64,000 nt of DNA from Candidatus Falkowbacteria bacterium (lineage in GTDB: Bacteria; Patescibacteriota; Patescibacteriia; CAIXNZ01), in the NCBI GenBank assembly GCA_963774955.1, contig CAVZGV010000004.1, positions 195,522 through 259,521 on the forward strand, written 5' to 3'. The notes under the pieces are model-generated. The model did no database searches, was not told the origin of the DNA, and saw only the letters and a list, made by a program, of their open reading frames with translations. Shown one piece after another: positions 46,411 to 55,932 of this stretch; position 1 is the first letter of the stretch; each line of letters starts with the position of its first letter. Both the position numbers and the translations under genes were made by a program.

Positions 46411-46950
46411 ATGAAGAAAGTCACCGTTCTTTTTATGGCGTTGATCGCGACCGTCGCGATTTTCACTGGCTGTGCCACTGCCAAACGCGGCGATACCTCG
46501 TATCACGGGCCGAGTAATGCTCGGGCCGAAGAAGTGATCGAGCCCAGCCCTGGCTGGTCCGTAGCCCAGGAGGCCGTCCGCAACAACCCTAATGCCAACG
46601 TGCGCATGCGGTCGGGCAGTGACGTTTTCGAGTACAACCCTCCCGGTTCCACCCCAGCTCCTGGCAATGATCTGCCTGCCAATGGTATGCTCAAAGGCAC
46701 TTTTCACAACGGTATGCCCGACGTGATTGATGTTAAAATCATCCATTCTGGCAGTGTCGTGGACAGCTTTTCCGTCCAGCCGGGACAGTGTAAGCCTGTG
46801 CCTTTGCCTCCTGGCAAATACAGCTATACTGTTTCGAATCGCGGGACTGGAGAGAACGTCAGCCTGCCTTTCGAGCTCATGGGAGTGAGAAACTACACCT
46901 CTCCATGTGGAGGCGGGCACGTAGATTTCGTGCTCTACGTCGTGCCGTAA
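46411..46950 (+). CDS. G+C-rich lipoprotein of unknown function (probably horizontally acquired)
   Basis: Shine-Dalgarno 'gaggagg'. 'MKKVTVLFMALIATVAIFTGC' lipobox. Clearly G+C-richer than the surrounding genes. Hairpin terminator at about 46961-46995. The antisense ORF 46315-46920 is judged spurious. Confidence 0.55.
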   Translation: MKKVTVLFMALIATVAIFTGCATAKRGDTSYHGPSNARAEEVIEPSPGWSVAQEAVRNNPNANVRMRSGSDVFEYNPPGSTPAPGNDLPANGMLKGTFHNGMPDVIDVKIIHSGSVVDSFSVQPGQCKPVPLPPGKYSYTVSNRGTGENVSLPFELMGVRNYTSPCGGGHVDFVLYVVP

Positions 46951-47003
46951 AATGAATATAAAAGGGCAATCCTTCGGGATTGCCCTTTTCTTTTTGAATT
47001 TTT

Positions 47004-47441
47004 TTAGGTGCTGGCGCCTGGATTCATAGGACCGCCACCACCTTCAAGTGATGCCCTTAAGATGGCATTAACCACAAAGGTTGTGATGGCATAGGCAGTC
47101 GCAATAATTAACACCCCAATAACCGCATAAATAATGACATTCTTGGCATGTTCAACTTTTTTGGCTTCACCGGTTGAGGTCATGTATAAAACTCCGCCAT
47201 AAATCATTAAAATTACAAAGACTATACCTAAAAGGCCAAGCATTATTTGAATGATTGTCGCGGCAATTTGTGCCGGGTGAGCCGGTTCATCCTGTCCATA
47301 CACCTGGCCGCCGAAATTTTGAATAGAATTGGTGATAGAACCGCCGGCAGGAGTGTCGCCGGTTGCGAAAACAGCGCTAACGGACATTAAAATGCAACAA
47401 ACAATGATTAAGAGTTTAAAGGCCAGATATATTTTTTTCAT
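47004..47441 (-). CDS. Pilin-like small secreted protein with a two-TM core (VirB2/TrbC-like topology), array member 1
   Basis: Signal peptide, variable segment, then 'IIQIMLGLLGIVFVILMIYGGVLYMTSTGEAKKVEHAKNVIIYAVIGVLIIATAYAITTFV'. Confidence 0.55.
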   Translation of the reverse strand: MKKIYLAFKLLIIVCCILMSVSAVFATGDTPAGGSITNSIQNFGGQVYGQDEPAHPAQIAATIIQIMLGLLGIVFVILMIYGGVLYMTSTGEAKKVEHAKNVIIYAVIGVLIIATAYAITTFVVNAILRASLEGGGGPMNPGAST

Positions 47442-47464
47442 ACAATTTTACTTTAATTTATATT

Positions 47465-47851
47465 TTATTGAGGAATTAATGATTGTTCAATGCTGCTGGA
47501 AACAAAATAAGCTATGGTGTAAGCCATTAAGACAATGGCCAGGCCGATGACCGCAGTAATCAGCAGCCCTTTAGCTTTTTGTACTTTTTTTGGCTCACCC
47601 TGAGAAAACATATATAAAGTACCGCCGTAAATAAAGACGATCATGAAAATTACGCCCACAAAAACAATCAGGCTTTTTATTAGGACGGCGGCAAAGCTTT
47701 GGGGCGTGGCTTTGCCCAGATTAGTTACATTGCCGGCGGTATTTTGTAAACCTCCGGAAAATTGGCTAGCCTGCACGGCTTGAATTCCAAAAGTAGAAAA
47801 TAAAATAAATATCAAAAAGAAAATGGCCAGACATGTATAAAATTTTTTCAT
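47465..47851 (-). CDS. Pilin-like two-TM protein, array member 2
   Basis: 'LIKSLIVFVGVIFMIVFIYGGTLYMFSQGEPKKVQKAKGLLITAVIGLAIVLMAYTIAYFV'. Confidence 0.55.
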   Translation of the reverse strand: MKKFYTCLAIFFLIFILFSTFGIQAVQASQFSGGLQNTAGNVTNLGKATPQSFAAVLIKSLIVFVGVIFMIVFIYGGTLYMFSQGEPKKVQKAKGLLITAVIGLAIVLMAYTIAYFVSSSIEQSLIPQ

Positions 47852-47864
47852 AAATGTAAGCGTT

Positions 47865-48251
47865 TTATTTTAGGGATGTTTCCAGGGTTGTGGCAATGAA
47901 ATATGTAACCGCATAGGCCGTCATCACAATAAGAAATCCAAAAATTGCCAGTTTGAGCAGATCCTTGGCCTTTTTAATTTTGGACTCTTCGCCTAGCGAA
48001 GTCAGGTAAGTAAATCCGCCGTAAATAAACATAATAACAAAGACTATGGCGATTAGGCCCAGTAAAACTTGGATTATTTGAGCGGCCAAACCAGCCAGCG
48101 AAGTCTCTGTCTTTATGCCGGCGCCTTCGCCAGTTTGGGCAATAAAGCCATTTACATTGCTTAAATTCAAAGGCTGGGCAAAGGTTATGGTTGCTTGGGC
48201 GCCAAGACTAATAACTAAAAGTAAAATAATGATCCAATGGGATATTTTCAT
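47865..48251 (-). CDS. Pilin-like two-TM protein, array member 3
   Basis: 'IIQVLLGLIAIVFVIMFIYGGFTYLTSLGEESKIKKAKDLLKLAIFGFLIVMTAYAVTYFI'. Confidence 0.55.
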   Translation of the reverse strand: MKISHWIIILLLVISLGAQATITFAQPLNLSNVNGFIAQTGEGAGIKTETSLAGLAAQIIQVLLGLIAIVFVIMFIYGGFTYLTSLGEESKIKKAKDLLKLAIFGFLIVMTAYAVTYFIATTLETSLK

Positions 48252-48282
48252 AAACCATAATTTAAAAAGATACTTATTGGGC

Positions 48283-48780
48283 TTAACGGCAGTCGCAACA
48301 ATGAGGTGATTCAGCTGGGCAGCTTAATTGACCCAGGTCAGGACAACTAGCGCAATTTTCCTGGGCGCATGTTCCGGGGCAGGTTTGCCCGGCCGGCTGA
48401 GTGGCATTTTCAATGGTACTGGCCACAAAATAGGTAATTGAATAGGCGGCCATAATTATTATAAACCCGATTATGGCTTTGCTGATAATTTGTTTGGCCT
48501 TTTTTATTTTTGCCTCCTCGGCAGCGGAGGTCATGTAAGTAAAGCCTCCGTAGATAATTAAAATTAGAAAACCAGCGCCGACCAAGCCTAAAAGAGCGTT
48601 GATTACCCGGGCAATAATTAAGCCGAGATTACCCTGATTTTCCGAATAACCAATGGTATTTCTGGTGGAGTTTAAAAATTCATTCTGATTGGCAAAGCTA
48701 TAACCAAAAGCCGGGCTAAAGTACAAAAACAAGCCCGAAATAATAAGCACTAAAAATATTAAAAATAATTTATTTTTCAT
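48283..48780 (-). CDS. Pilin-like two-TM protein with a Cys-rich C-terminal tail, array member 4
   Basis: 'VINALLGLVGAGFLILIIYGGFTYMTSAAEEAKIKKAKQIISKAIIGFIIIMAAYSITYFV' followed by '...CPGTCAQENCASCPDLGQLSCPAESPHCCDCR'. Confidence 0.55.
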   Translation of the reverse strand: MKNKLFLIFLVLIISGLFLYFSPAFGYSFANQNEFLNSTRNTIGYSENQGNLGLIIARVINALLGLVGAGFLILIIYGGFTYMTSAAEEAKIKKAKQIISKAIIGFIIIMAAYSITYFVASTIENATQPAGQTCPGTCAQENCASCPDLGQLSCPAESPHCCDCR

Positions 48781-48798
48781 TTTATTTAAAAGGCCCGG

Positions 48799-49167
48799 TT
48801 ATTGCGCGGTTAGCGTACTGAAAATCAGCGAGGTAATCGCATAGGCTGCGCCTAAAACCATGGCGCCGATAATGGCCCAGGTAATAACTGTACGACCCTT
48901 TTTTAAGGTTGTTTCAGTGCCTGCTGAAGCCATCATTAATATTCCGCCATAAATAATTAGAAACAAGAAAAGTGATCCGGCCAGAGCTAAGCCTGCGCCG
49001 GCAATCCGACCCAAAAAAGCCGGGACGCCACCGCCGCCAAATTCAGGTAATTTAGCTTCTGACTGAGTTCCGGGAAGGCCATAATCAGCAGTCGCCTGGG
49101 TTTGATTTAACGGTACTAGGCAAGTCAACGTGACTATAAATAAAGATAATATTATAAATGTTTTCAT
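48799..49167 (-). CDS. Pilin-like two-TM protein, array member 5
   Basis: 'GAGLALAGSLFLFLIIYGGILMMASAGTETTLKKGRTVITWAIIGAMVLGAAYAITSLI'. Confidence 0.5.
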   Translation of the reverse strand: MKTFIILSLFIVTLTCLVPLNQTQATADYGLPGTQSEAKLPEFGGGGVPAFLGRIAGAGLALAGSLFLFLIIYGGILMMASAGTETTLKKGRTVITWAIIGAMVLGAAYAITSLIFSTLTAQ

Positions 49168-49238
49168 GATTTTGTGTAAAAAATTCCCCTAAGGGATGAG
49201 GGATGGACAGGCGTCCATCCCTCAAAAGGTACATTAGA

Positions 49239-49628
49239 TTATAGGGCACCTGTAGTTGCACCAATAATAGAATTGATGACAAAGGTGGCGATGGCATAGG
49301 CCGTTAAAACAATAATCAGGCCAATAATGCCGGAGTAAATCAACTGTTTAGCTTTTTTAACAGATTCTTCATTACCCATTGCAGTCATATACTTGAAGCC
49401 GCCAATCAAAATGATTAAGACAGCAACAATTCCCAATAAACCCATGGCTACGCGGATGATATTAGCGATGGTGATTCTAACATCCTGGGTTCCCATGCCA
49501 ATGTATGGTCCGACGTATTGGTTTAGACCCGGATCAATGGTTTTGCCTGTAGCACTAACCATTAAAGGCATGACCAAGATGCCGATAAGGGCTAAAGAAA
49601 GTGCTAACTTGACTAAATTCTTTTTCAT
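49239..49628 (-). CDS. Pilin-like two-TM protein, array member 6
   Basis: ATG start at 49628 ('MKKNLVKLALSLALIGILVMPLMVSATG'). 'IIRVAMGLLGIVAVLIILIGGFKYMTAMGNEESVKKAKQLIYSGIIGLIIVLTAYAIATFV'. Confidence 0.5.
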   Translation of the reverse strand: MKKNLVKLALSLALIGILVMPLMVSATGKTIDPGLNQYVGPYIGMGTQDVRITIANIIRVAMGLLGIVAVLIILIGGFKYMTAMGNEESVKKAKQLIYSGIIGLIIVLTAYAIATFVINSIIGATTGAL

Positions 49629-49741
49629 GTTTTTTTTACCCTTTGTCAATACTCGGTTTAGAAAAACCAAGCATTGATAAGTTAATTATTAATATTTAAT
49701 TGTTTACTATATTATAATATTATTTCCTACATTTAGCAATT

Positions 49742-50338
49742 TTATTGAGGTGCTTGGGTTTCGCCGCCTCCGCCTCCACCGCCGGTAGTCAGGCCGGTAA
49801 AAATAAAATTAACAATCACATAACTGCCCAAGATTACCATAATGCCGATAATGGCCCAGGTAATTATTTTTTTGCCTGCCTGAATCTTGGGGTCTTGCCC
49901 GGCTGCGGTCATGAGCATAAAACCGCCATAAACAAACATAAATAAGGCCACAGAACCGGTAATGCCCAAAACAGCGTTAATCACCCGACCAATAACAGTA
50001 TTAATGCCGGAAATGCCGGAAACGCCCAAGGGATTAACTTCGCTAAGGTCAACAGTGGTGCCTCCAGTGGTGGCTGGTGGTTGCTGGGTTGTTGGGGGGG
50101 GGGTTGTTGGTGAAGGAGTTTTGGGGACACAACATTCTTTTCCTGCGGCACTTGTACAATCACTTGTAAATTGACTATTTTCAGTTGCAGGATTACAAGT
50201 ATTACCACCTTCCATATTAGTAAAACGACAATTACCACCTAATTCACTACAAGTGGCTGCTAGGGTTACTTTAGGTGAACTAAAAAACAAGCCGGTGAAA
50301 AGCAGTAAACATAAGATAATTAACCAGTTTTTTTTCAT
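49742..50338 (-). CDS. Pilin-like two-TM protein with a Cys-rich and Pro/Thr-rich N-terminal extension, array member 7
   Basis: 'CSELGGNCRFTNMEGGNTCNPATENSQFTSDCTSAAGKECCVPKTPSPTTPPPTTQQPPATT', then 'VINAVLGITGSVALFMFVYGGFMLMTAAGQDPKIQAGKKIITWAIIGIMVILGSYVIVNFI', then a poly-Gly tail. Confidence 0.55.
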   Translation of the reverse strand: MKKNWLIILCLLLFTGLFFSSPKVTLAATCSELGGNCRFTNMEGGNTCNPATENSQFTSDCTSAAGKECCVPKTPSPTTPPPTTQQPPATTGGTTVDLSEVNPLGVSGISGINTVIGRVINAVLGITGSVALFMFVYGGFMLMTAAGQDPKIQAGKKIITWAIIGIMVILGSYVIVNFIFTGLTTGGGGGGGETQAPQ

Positions 50339-50419
50339 AAAGATATGTTTTTAAGTTTTAAAATATAATTATTTACCCATCTTTGCGGCTATAGCGTGGG
50401 TTTTGTCTGGGAAGTTTTT

Positions 50420-51409
50420 TCATTCAGGTTGACAGGTAGATATTGAAGCAATACCCGGAGTATCTTTACATTTAGATCCTGGCGGGCAGGGAATGTCATC
50501 ATCACCAGCAAGTCCACGATCGATGTTGGCATCTTCGCATTCTTGTCCTACTGTTATGGCGCTAACGCATTTGCCTCGTCCGTCATCATCCTTACCATCT
50601 CCATAGGGTGGTTCCGCAAATTCAAAGCAAATGCCAGATTGGCACTCAGCTTTATCATCACAGTCGCTGTCAACACCATTTCCTTTTTTATTAGCAACAC
50701 AACATTGTCCGGCAATACATTGTGTAGTTGCTGCTCCACCAAAAAATCCGGCGCAATAAGCATCAACACAAGCAAGATTATCTGCGCCATCAATTTCCAT
50801 GTCTTTACAGCCAAATTTAGCAGGGTCTTCAATTTTACCGCCACTGGGTAATTTTGTGGCGCAAATTTTGGCTTTGGTGCAATACAAAGTTGCACCGCAT
50901 TCAGCGGTTTTAGCGCAGGGTTTGCCTATCTTATCCGCATCACTGGGTTTGGGCATAGCGTCTGTAAGATTGACTGCGTTTTCAGGCGGTTTAGGCGTAA
51001 ATGAAACAGGAACACAGGTAAGCTTGGCTTGCCAGTCAAATTCTTGAGCGGTTAAAACCGAAACTAAGGTCGTAACAATCAGGTAAGCGGAAAAAATAAT
51101 ACCCAAGCCGATAACGGCATTAACCAGAATATCTTTCCCCTTTTTAATATTTCCCTCATTACCGCCGGAAACCAGCCAGGTAAAACCGCCATAGACAAAC
51201 ATTAAAAGCACCAAACTGCCGATTATGCCCAGAATTACTTTGCCGGCATTGATGGCTGTCTGTAAAATATCACACAAGGAACAGTCGCCGGTGCTGGTGC
51301 AGGCAGGCAGGATAGAATCCTGAGCCCAGGCAATCTGAGATAAAGAAACCAAAACCCCCAAACTTATTAAAATTATAAGCAAAAATCTGATTTTTTTAAA
51401 GCTGGACAT
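50420..51409 (-). CDS. Pilin-like two-TM core fused to a ~220 aa Cys-rich extracellular domain, array member 8
   Basis: 'VILGIIGSLVLLMFVYGGFTWLVSGGNEGNIKKGKDILVNAVIGLGIIFSAYLIVTTLV' followed by a domain with more than 25 Cys residues and D/G-rich segments. Confidence 0.55.
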   Translation of the reverse strand: MSSFKKIRFLLIILISLGVLVSLSQIAWAQDSILPACTSTGDCSLCDILQTAINAGKVILGIIGSLVLLMFVYGGFTWLVSGGNEGNIKKGKDILVNAVIGLGIIFSAYLIVTTLVSVLTAQEFDWQAKLTCVPVSFTPKPPENAVNLTDAMPKPSDADKIGKPCAKTAECGATLYCTKAKICATKLPSGGKIEDPAKFGCKDMEIDGADNLACVDAYCAGFFGGAATTQCIAGQCCVANKKGNGVDSDCDDKAECQSGICFEFAEPPYGDGKDDDGRGKCVSAITVGQECEDANIDRGLAGDDDIPCPPGSKCKDTPGIASISTCQPE

Positions 51410-51441
51410 AAAAATATGTAAATTAATAATCGGTATAAATT

Positions 51442-52818
51442 TTATTGGATGGTCAGGCTAACTTTGCTATTGGCCTGGCTGACCAGATCAATAGTTTTAT
51501 AAGCACCGGTTAAATTATCCGTAATCATATCTGTAAATATTTTCTCGGCAGTTTGCGGGTTTTTGCCTTTATACCAACTGCGGGCCGTCAGGATTTGTTC
51601 CACAAAAGGTGCCAGCACCACATCATCTTGCTGCCATTCAATCAATGAGCGTAAAGCAACCGGCTTTTGCGCCTTGGTCACATATTTTTTATTAATATCC
51701 TGATTGGTTGTAATGAATAATAAGAAATCCCAGGCCTCATTTTGATACTGACTTTTTTTAGAAACGGTTTCTGCCCAGTAATTGGCGAAATTAATTGAAG
51801 GCTGTGAAAGCTGCGGTATGGGGGCAATATCAAAATTAAGTTTGGGTGCTTGGGTTTTAATAGTCGGAATATCAAAGGCATAGCCGATATAAAAAGCAGT
51901 CAGACCTTGGATAAAAGCTTGTTTAGAATTTGGCATGGTTTCATTCCAGGAATAGGCTTCATTGCTGGGGACGGCAAAACGATTATAAAAGTTTAAGGCC
52001 GAAACAGCCGGAGCATCTACACTTGTGTAACCTAGAGGTTTGGCATTAAATGTCGGAAAGCCGTTATCATCAGTCATTGGAGCGCCGACTTGCATCATCA
52101 GCAAGCTCAGAATGTCAGAGGCGCGGTTAACATTAGCAGCCGTGCCCATCGCTACACCGGACTGGATAATATCTTTTTGCGGATCGCGTTTGGTCAATTT
52201 ACCGACCTGCACCAGGAGCTGATCCCAGGTTGTAGGCGGGGCTGTAATCCCGGCGTTATTAAGTAAATCTCGATTATAAAACAAAGCCAGCGTGTCAATG
52301 CTTAAAGGCAGACCATATATTTGGCCGTCGATCAGCTGGTTATCAGTGACTACATCCGGAAATAAAATGCTCAGATCTCTGGTTGTCAGAGTCTTTTTTT
52401 GCTGTTCCTTGGTGTAGGTTACTTTTTGAAGTGTACCCATCTGGACCGAGTAAAGCATTTTTATCTGGGCCGGCAACGGTTGGATTTTAGACTGGTATTT
52501 TTTCATCCAAGTAGTTTGAATGGAAAAAATATCCGGACCGCGATCTTCGGCCAGCGCATTGAGCACTTTATCCTCGTATTCATCATAGCGAAAATTTTCA
52601 TAGCGGATGGAAACATAGGGATTGATTTTTTGGTATTCAGTTATTAACTCGCTGATATTGTCGCTTTCCTCAAAAACTTTCCAGTATTTCAAGGTTATTG
52701 GTTTGGGTGGCCCTTCTTTTATCACACCAGCCGGCAAACTGCCGCATTTGGCGCCGGTAGTAGCCAGAAAGGCAAAAATTAAGAAGGCGATGATTAGTTT
52801 TTTGTTTGGTTTTAACAT
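51442..52818 (-). CDS. ABC-transporter extracellular solute-binding protein (family 1, sugar-type), lipoprotein-like
   Basis: Signal/lipobox 'FLATTGAKC'. 458 aa, periplasmic-binding fold size. W/Y-rich. Confidence 0.5.
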   Translation of the reverse strand: MLKPNKKLIIAFLIFAFLATTGAKCGSLPAGVIKEGPPKPITLKYWKVFEESDNISELITEYQKINPYVSIRYENFRYDEYEDKVLNALAEDRGPDIFSIQTTWMKKYQSKIQPLPAQIKMLYSVQMGTLQKVTYTKEQQKKTLTTRDLSILFPDVVTDNQLIDGQIYGLPLSIDTLALFYNRDLLNNAGITAPPTTWDQLLVQVGKLTKRDPQKDIIQSGVAMGTAANVNRASDILSLLMMQVGAPMTDDNGFPTFNAKPLGYTSVDAPAVSALNFYNRFAVPSNEAYSWNETMPNSKQAFIQGLTAFYIGYAFDIPTIKTQAPKLNFDIAPIPQLSQPSINFANYWAETVSKKSQYQNEAWDFLLFITTNQDINKKYVTKAQKPVALRSLIEWQQDDVVLAPFVEQILTARSWYKGKNPQTAEKIFTDMITDNLTGAYKTIDLVSQANSKVSLTIQ

Positions 52819-52897
52819 ATTTTTGGAAAATTTTTTAATTTATATTTTTATTAAACCGTTAATTTGCGCTGATGGCTTGGAGACTGAAAACATGCCG

Positions 52898-53767
52898 TTA
52901 GTTAATGGAGTCTAGGTACTCTTTAAATTCTTTGGCCAGGTCAGGACGCTGTAAGGCAAAATCAACATTGGCTTTGAGCCAGCCGAGCTTGGAGCCCGTA
53001 TCATAATAATTGCCTTCAACTAAACAGGCGTAAAGGTTTCGTTTTTGTGACAAATTAAAAATGGCATCTACCAGCCACAGTTCGCCGCCTTGGCCGATCT
53101 TGGTTTTTTCCAGAATATCAAAAATGTCAGGGGTTAAAATATAGGCGCCGATAGTGCCTATGCGGCTGGGCGCTTTGTCCGGTCCAGGTTTTTCAACGAT
53201 TTTTTTTACTTGGATAATATTTTTTTCAACTTCAGAACCTTCAATGACTCCGTATTTTTTAGTTTCCTCATCATTGATTTTTATGGCAGTTAAAACCGGA
53301 GCCTGGTATTTTTCATAAACAGCCATCAGTTGCTTTAAACGCGGCTGGCCTTGGTTGTTGACAAATAAATCATCTCCCCAAATAACCGCAAAAGGCTCAT
53401 CGCCAATAATTTTTTTGGCATTTAAAACAGGCGTGCCGTTGCCGTAAGGTCCTTTTTGGCGGACATAAATAAAATTGGCCATGTCGGCAATTTCTTTTAT
53501 TTCTTCTCTCATATCTTCTTTGCCGGTTTTTTTCAGCCAGTTTTGCAGTTCATAATTATAATCAAAATGATCCTCAATTGCCCGTTTTGATGCGCCCGTA
53601 ACTAAAATAATGTCTTCAATGCCTGAAGCCACGGCTTCTTCAACTATATATTGAATTACCGGTTTATCAATAATCGGCAGCATTTCTTTGGGCATGGCTT
53701 TGGTCGCTGGTAAAAATCTGGTGCCAAATCCGGCCACTGGAATGATACACTTTTTAATAGCATTCAT
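52898..53767 (-). CDS. galU: UTP-glucose-1-phosphate uridylyltransferase (GalU-type sugar-nucleotidyltransferase)
   Basis: 'KKCIIPVAGFGTRFLPATKAMPKEMLPIIDKPVIQY' signature. Start at ATG 53767 ('MNAIKK') rather than the ORF-track start at 53833. Confidence 0.8.
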   Translation of the reverse strand: MNAIKKCIIPVAGFGTRFLPATKAMPKEMLPIIDKPVIQYIVEEAVASGIEDIILVTGASKRAIEDHFDYNYELQNWLKKTGKEDMREEIKEIADMANFIYVRQKGPYGNGTPVLNAKKIIGDEPFAVIWGDDLFVNNQGQPRLKQLMAVYEKYQAPVLTAIKINDEETKKYGVIEGSEVEKNIIQVKKIVEKPGPDKAPSRIGTIGAYILTPDIFDILEKTKIGQGGELWLVDAIFNLSQKRNLYACLVEGNYYDTGSKLGWLKANVDFALQRPDLAKEFKEYLDSIN

Positions 53768-53886
53768 AGCTAAATTATAGCACAAACAGTGATAAATTTG
53801 AAAGTGAATCTGGGCAAGACTCGTAGCCGGCAAACGAGCTGGCCGGGAAATAAAAAATCCCCGGCTAAGTGAGGGGATTTTTTTGT

Positions 53887-55932
53887 TTATCTGTCGACCC
53901 TGGTATACGTCAGAAAATTATCCGCACCATTTATATAGACCTGGTCACTGCCGGAGGTAAGCAGATAAACATGAGGATAGGTATTGGGTTTCCAATATGG
54001 CTGAATTTTGAAGTCAAAGGTAATTTCTTCTCCGGGATTGACCGTAGTTTTCGTAGTTTTTATAGTTTTATTGTTTTGCCATGACCAGTCCCTGAACCAT
54101 GAATTTGTGCCGTCAATATCCGTGCTTTTTAAGGTAACATTAGTCCAGGCTTTACTGCCGATGTTTTTAAAGGTAAGTTTGACTTTTGGTCGCCATGAAG
54201 TTTTAACGGCGATGGGCAGGGTATTGGCTGTAATTTGGGCAGCATAGGGTGCCACAACATCAATGACCTGAGCCAGACTGAAAAATTCAGTCTCATTATA
54301 ATTTAAACTTACGGTCAAAGGAATGGATCCGGGATTTTTTGGGGCTTGAATGGGGAATTCAAAAGTAGCCGTGGCATTTGGATAGATCAATTCTTCTCTG
54401 GGAGTAAATGAACCGGATTGGTCAGACCAAGTAGCAGTTTTTAAGGTTGAATTTGCGGTTAGTATTTTTAATTTCAGACTGCTTTTTTTCCAGGTTTGAT
54501 TGCCGTCATTACGAAACTGCATAAGAACTGTTTGGTCTTGTTGCAGGGATAATTGGCCGGGCAGATTTGACTGAAGTAAACTGGCTTTAAATATCATTTG
54601 TTCCGATTGAGTATTTTGGCAGTCGCAGGCAATTTTATGGGCAGTAATTGAAAAATCAGTCTCAGGGAAATAGCCTTTATTTTGCCAGGCGAGAATGAAA
54701 TTTTTTGTTTCAGTAGACTGTTGCGGTGAATTCAGGGTGATTTTAAACCTGCCGATCTGACCGGGATAAACATTGCCGTCTATAAGCTTGAAAACAGGGA
54801 AACTATTAGTGGCCATTTTTACTCCGCCAGCTTCATCCGAAGCCAGCGCAATTTTTAAAGTATCAATTTTCGCAATTTTATTTTTGATTTGGGAGTCTGT
54901 TAAATACAGATAATTATCCTCATAACCCCGCCAGGTGGCTTGGCCGGTATTTTTAAATTGGGCATAAATATCCGCAGATTTAGTTTCTTCGATATTAATT
55001 TCCGTGGCGCTCAGGCTGACAAATTGAGCTCCGGTCGGCAGCGGTTTCTTATATCCGCCCAGATCAATCAAGGCATTATAGGCAAGTTGTCTGACTTCAG
55101 GCAGGGTATTAGAAATTAAATTACCGGGACAAGTGGTGTTGCCGACATCGCGATGACCGATTACGTTTGGTAAAATCTGTCCGTGAAACTCACTTTGCCC
55201 CAGAGGATCAATATTAAATTCTTGACCTTTAAGCGCGATTAAGTTATCCAGTGATAGTTTTGTTGCTTCGGTTAAATTGTCCGGAGTATTGCAATTAATT
55301 TTATTTTTTTCATTTTGTTGGTTGTCATAACAGCCTAAAATAGCAATACCGATGGTGTTTCGGTTTCTTAAATAAGCATGACCGCCGACAACGCCATCAC
55401 CGCCTGCTCGTCCTTCATATATATTGCCGTTGGAATCAATCAGATAATTATAACCGATATCGCCCCAGCCCAGCTGGACAGCATGGTAATAATAAATCGC
55501 GCGCATTGTTGCTTTGGGGTCAAGATTGGCTTTTTCACCGGCAGTATGATGGAGCACAAATTTTTGCGGAGTATAATATTCTTCCGGCCATAAATTGGCG
55601 CCGCTGGGTTCAAAGCGTAAAGATTCATCAGCGCCCCATTCAGCCCGGGAAATAATTTTTAAATTCTGATCATTAGCACTTAAGCTGATTTTAAAGTTTC
55701 CGGCTGGTCCTTTGGTTGTATCCAAATATGTAAATTGCAAATTTTGCAGGTCTGTTTTGGCCTCATTGGCATTAAAAATCAGTTTGTATTGAAATGAATC
55801 TGTCAGTTTGGTCGGGATCATCTGACTGGTCAGCTGGGCTTTGGCCGTGTCTTTACCCTGAGAATCATCATCAAGCTCCATTTTTATCCAATCACTCCAG
55901 TTTTCATTCAAAAAACGAACATACAAGTTCAA
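53887..55932 (-). CDS. N-acetylmuramoyl-L-alanine amidase (Amidase_2/PGRP domain) with C-terminal beta-sandwich repeats. The 5' end is frameshifted relative to a signal-peptide ORF (55904-56200).
   Basis: 'FVLHHTAGE', 'GWGDIGYNYLID', 'GHRDVGNTTCPG' (zinc amidase motifs). The ORF has only a TTG start. Its frame stays open upstream of the TTG and overlaps the signal-peptide ORF 55904-56200, which is in another frame. Confidence 0.6.
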   Translation of the reverse strand: MNLYVRFLNENWSDWIKMELDDDSQGKDTAKAQLTSQMIPTKLTDSFQYKLIFNANEAKTDLQNLQFTYLDTTKGPAGNFKISLSANDQNLKIISRAEWGADESLRFEPSGANLWPEEYYTPQKFVLHHTAGEKANLDPKATMRAIYYYHAVQLGWGDIGYNYLIDSNGNIYEGRAGGDGVVGGHAYLRNRNTIGIAILGCYDNQQNEKNKINCNTPDNLTEATKLSLDNLIALKGQEFNIDPLGQSEFHGQILPNVIGHRDVGNTTCPGNLISNTLPEVRQLAYNALIDLGGYKKPLPTGAQFVSLSATEINIEETKSADIYAQFKNTGQATWRGYEDNYLYLTDSQIKNKIAKIDTLKIALASDEAGGVKMATNSFPVFKLIDGNVYPGQIGRFKITLNSPQQSTETKNFILAWQNKGYFPETDFSITAHKIACDCQNTQSEQMIFKASLLQSNLPGQLSLQQDQTVLMQFRNDGNQTWKKSSLKLKILTANSTLKTATWSDQSGSFTPREELIYPNATATFEFPIQAPKNPGSIPLTVSLNYNETEFFSLAQVIDVVAPYAAQITANTLPIAVKTSWRPKVKLTFKNIGSKAWTNVTLKSTDIDGTNSWFRDWSWQNNKTIKTTKTTVNPGEEITFDFKIQPYWKPNTYPHVYLLTSGSDQVYINGADNFLTYTRVDR

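Noticed and set aside
46315-46920. 201-aa minus-strand ORF antisense to the G+C-rich lipoprotein gene
   Set aside because: Arg-rich composition of low complexity, typical of antisense frames in G+C-rich DNA. The promoter, ribosome-binding site, lipobox and terminator all support the plus-strand gene.
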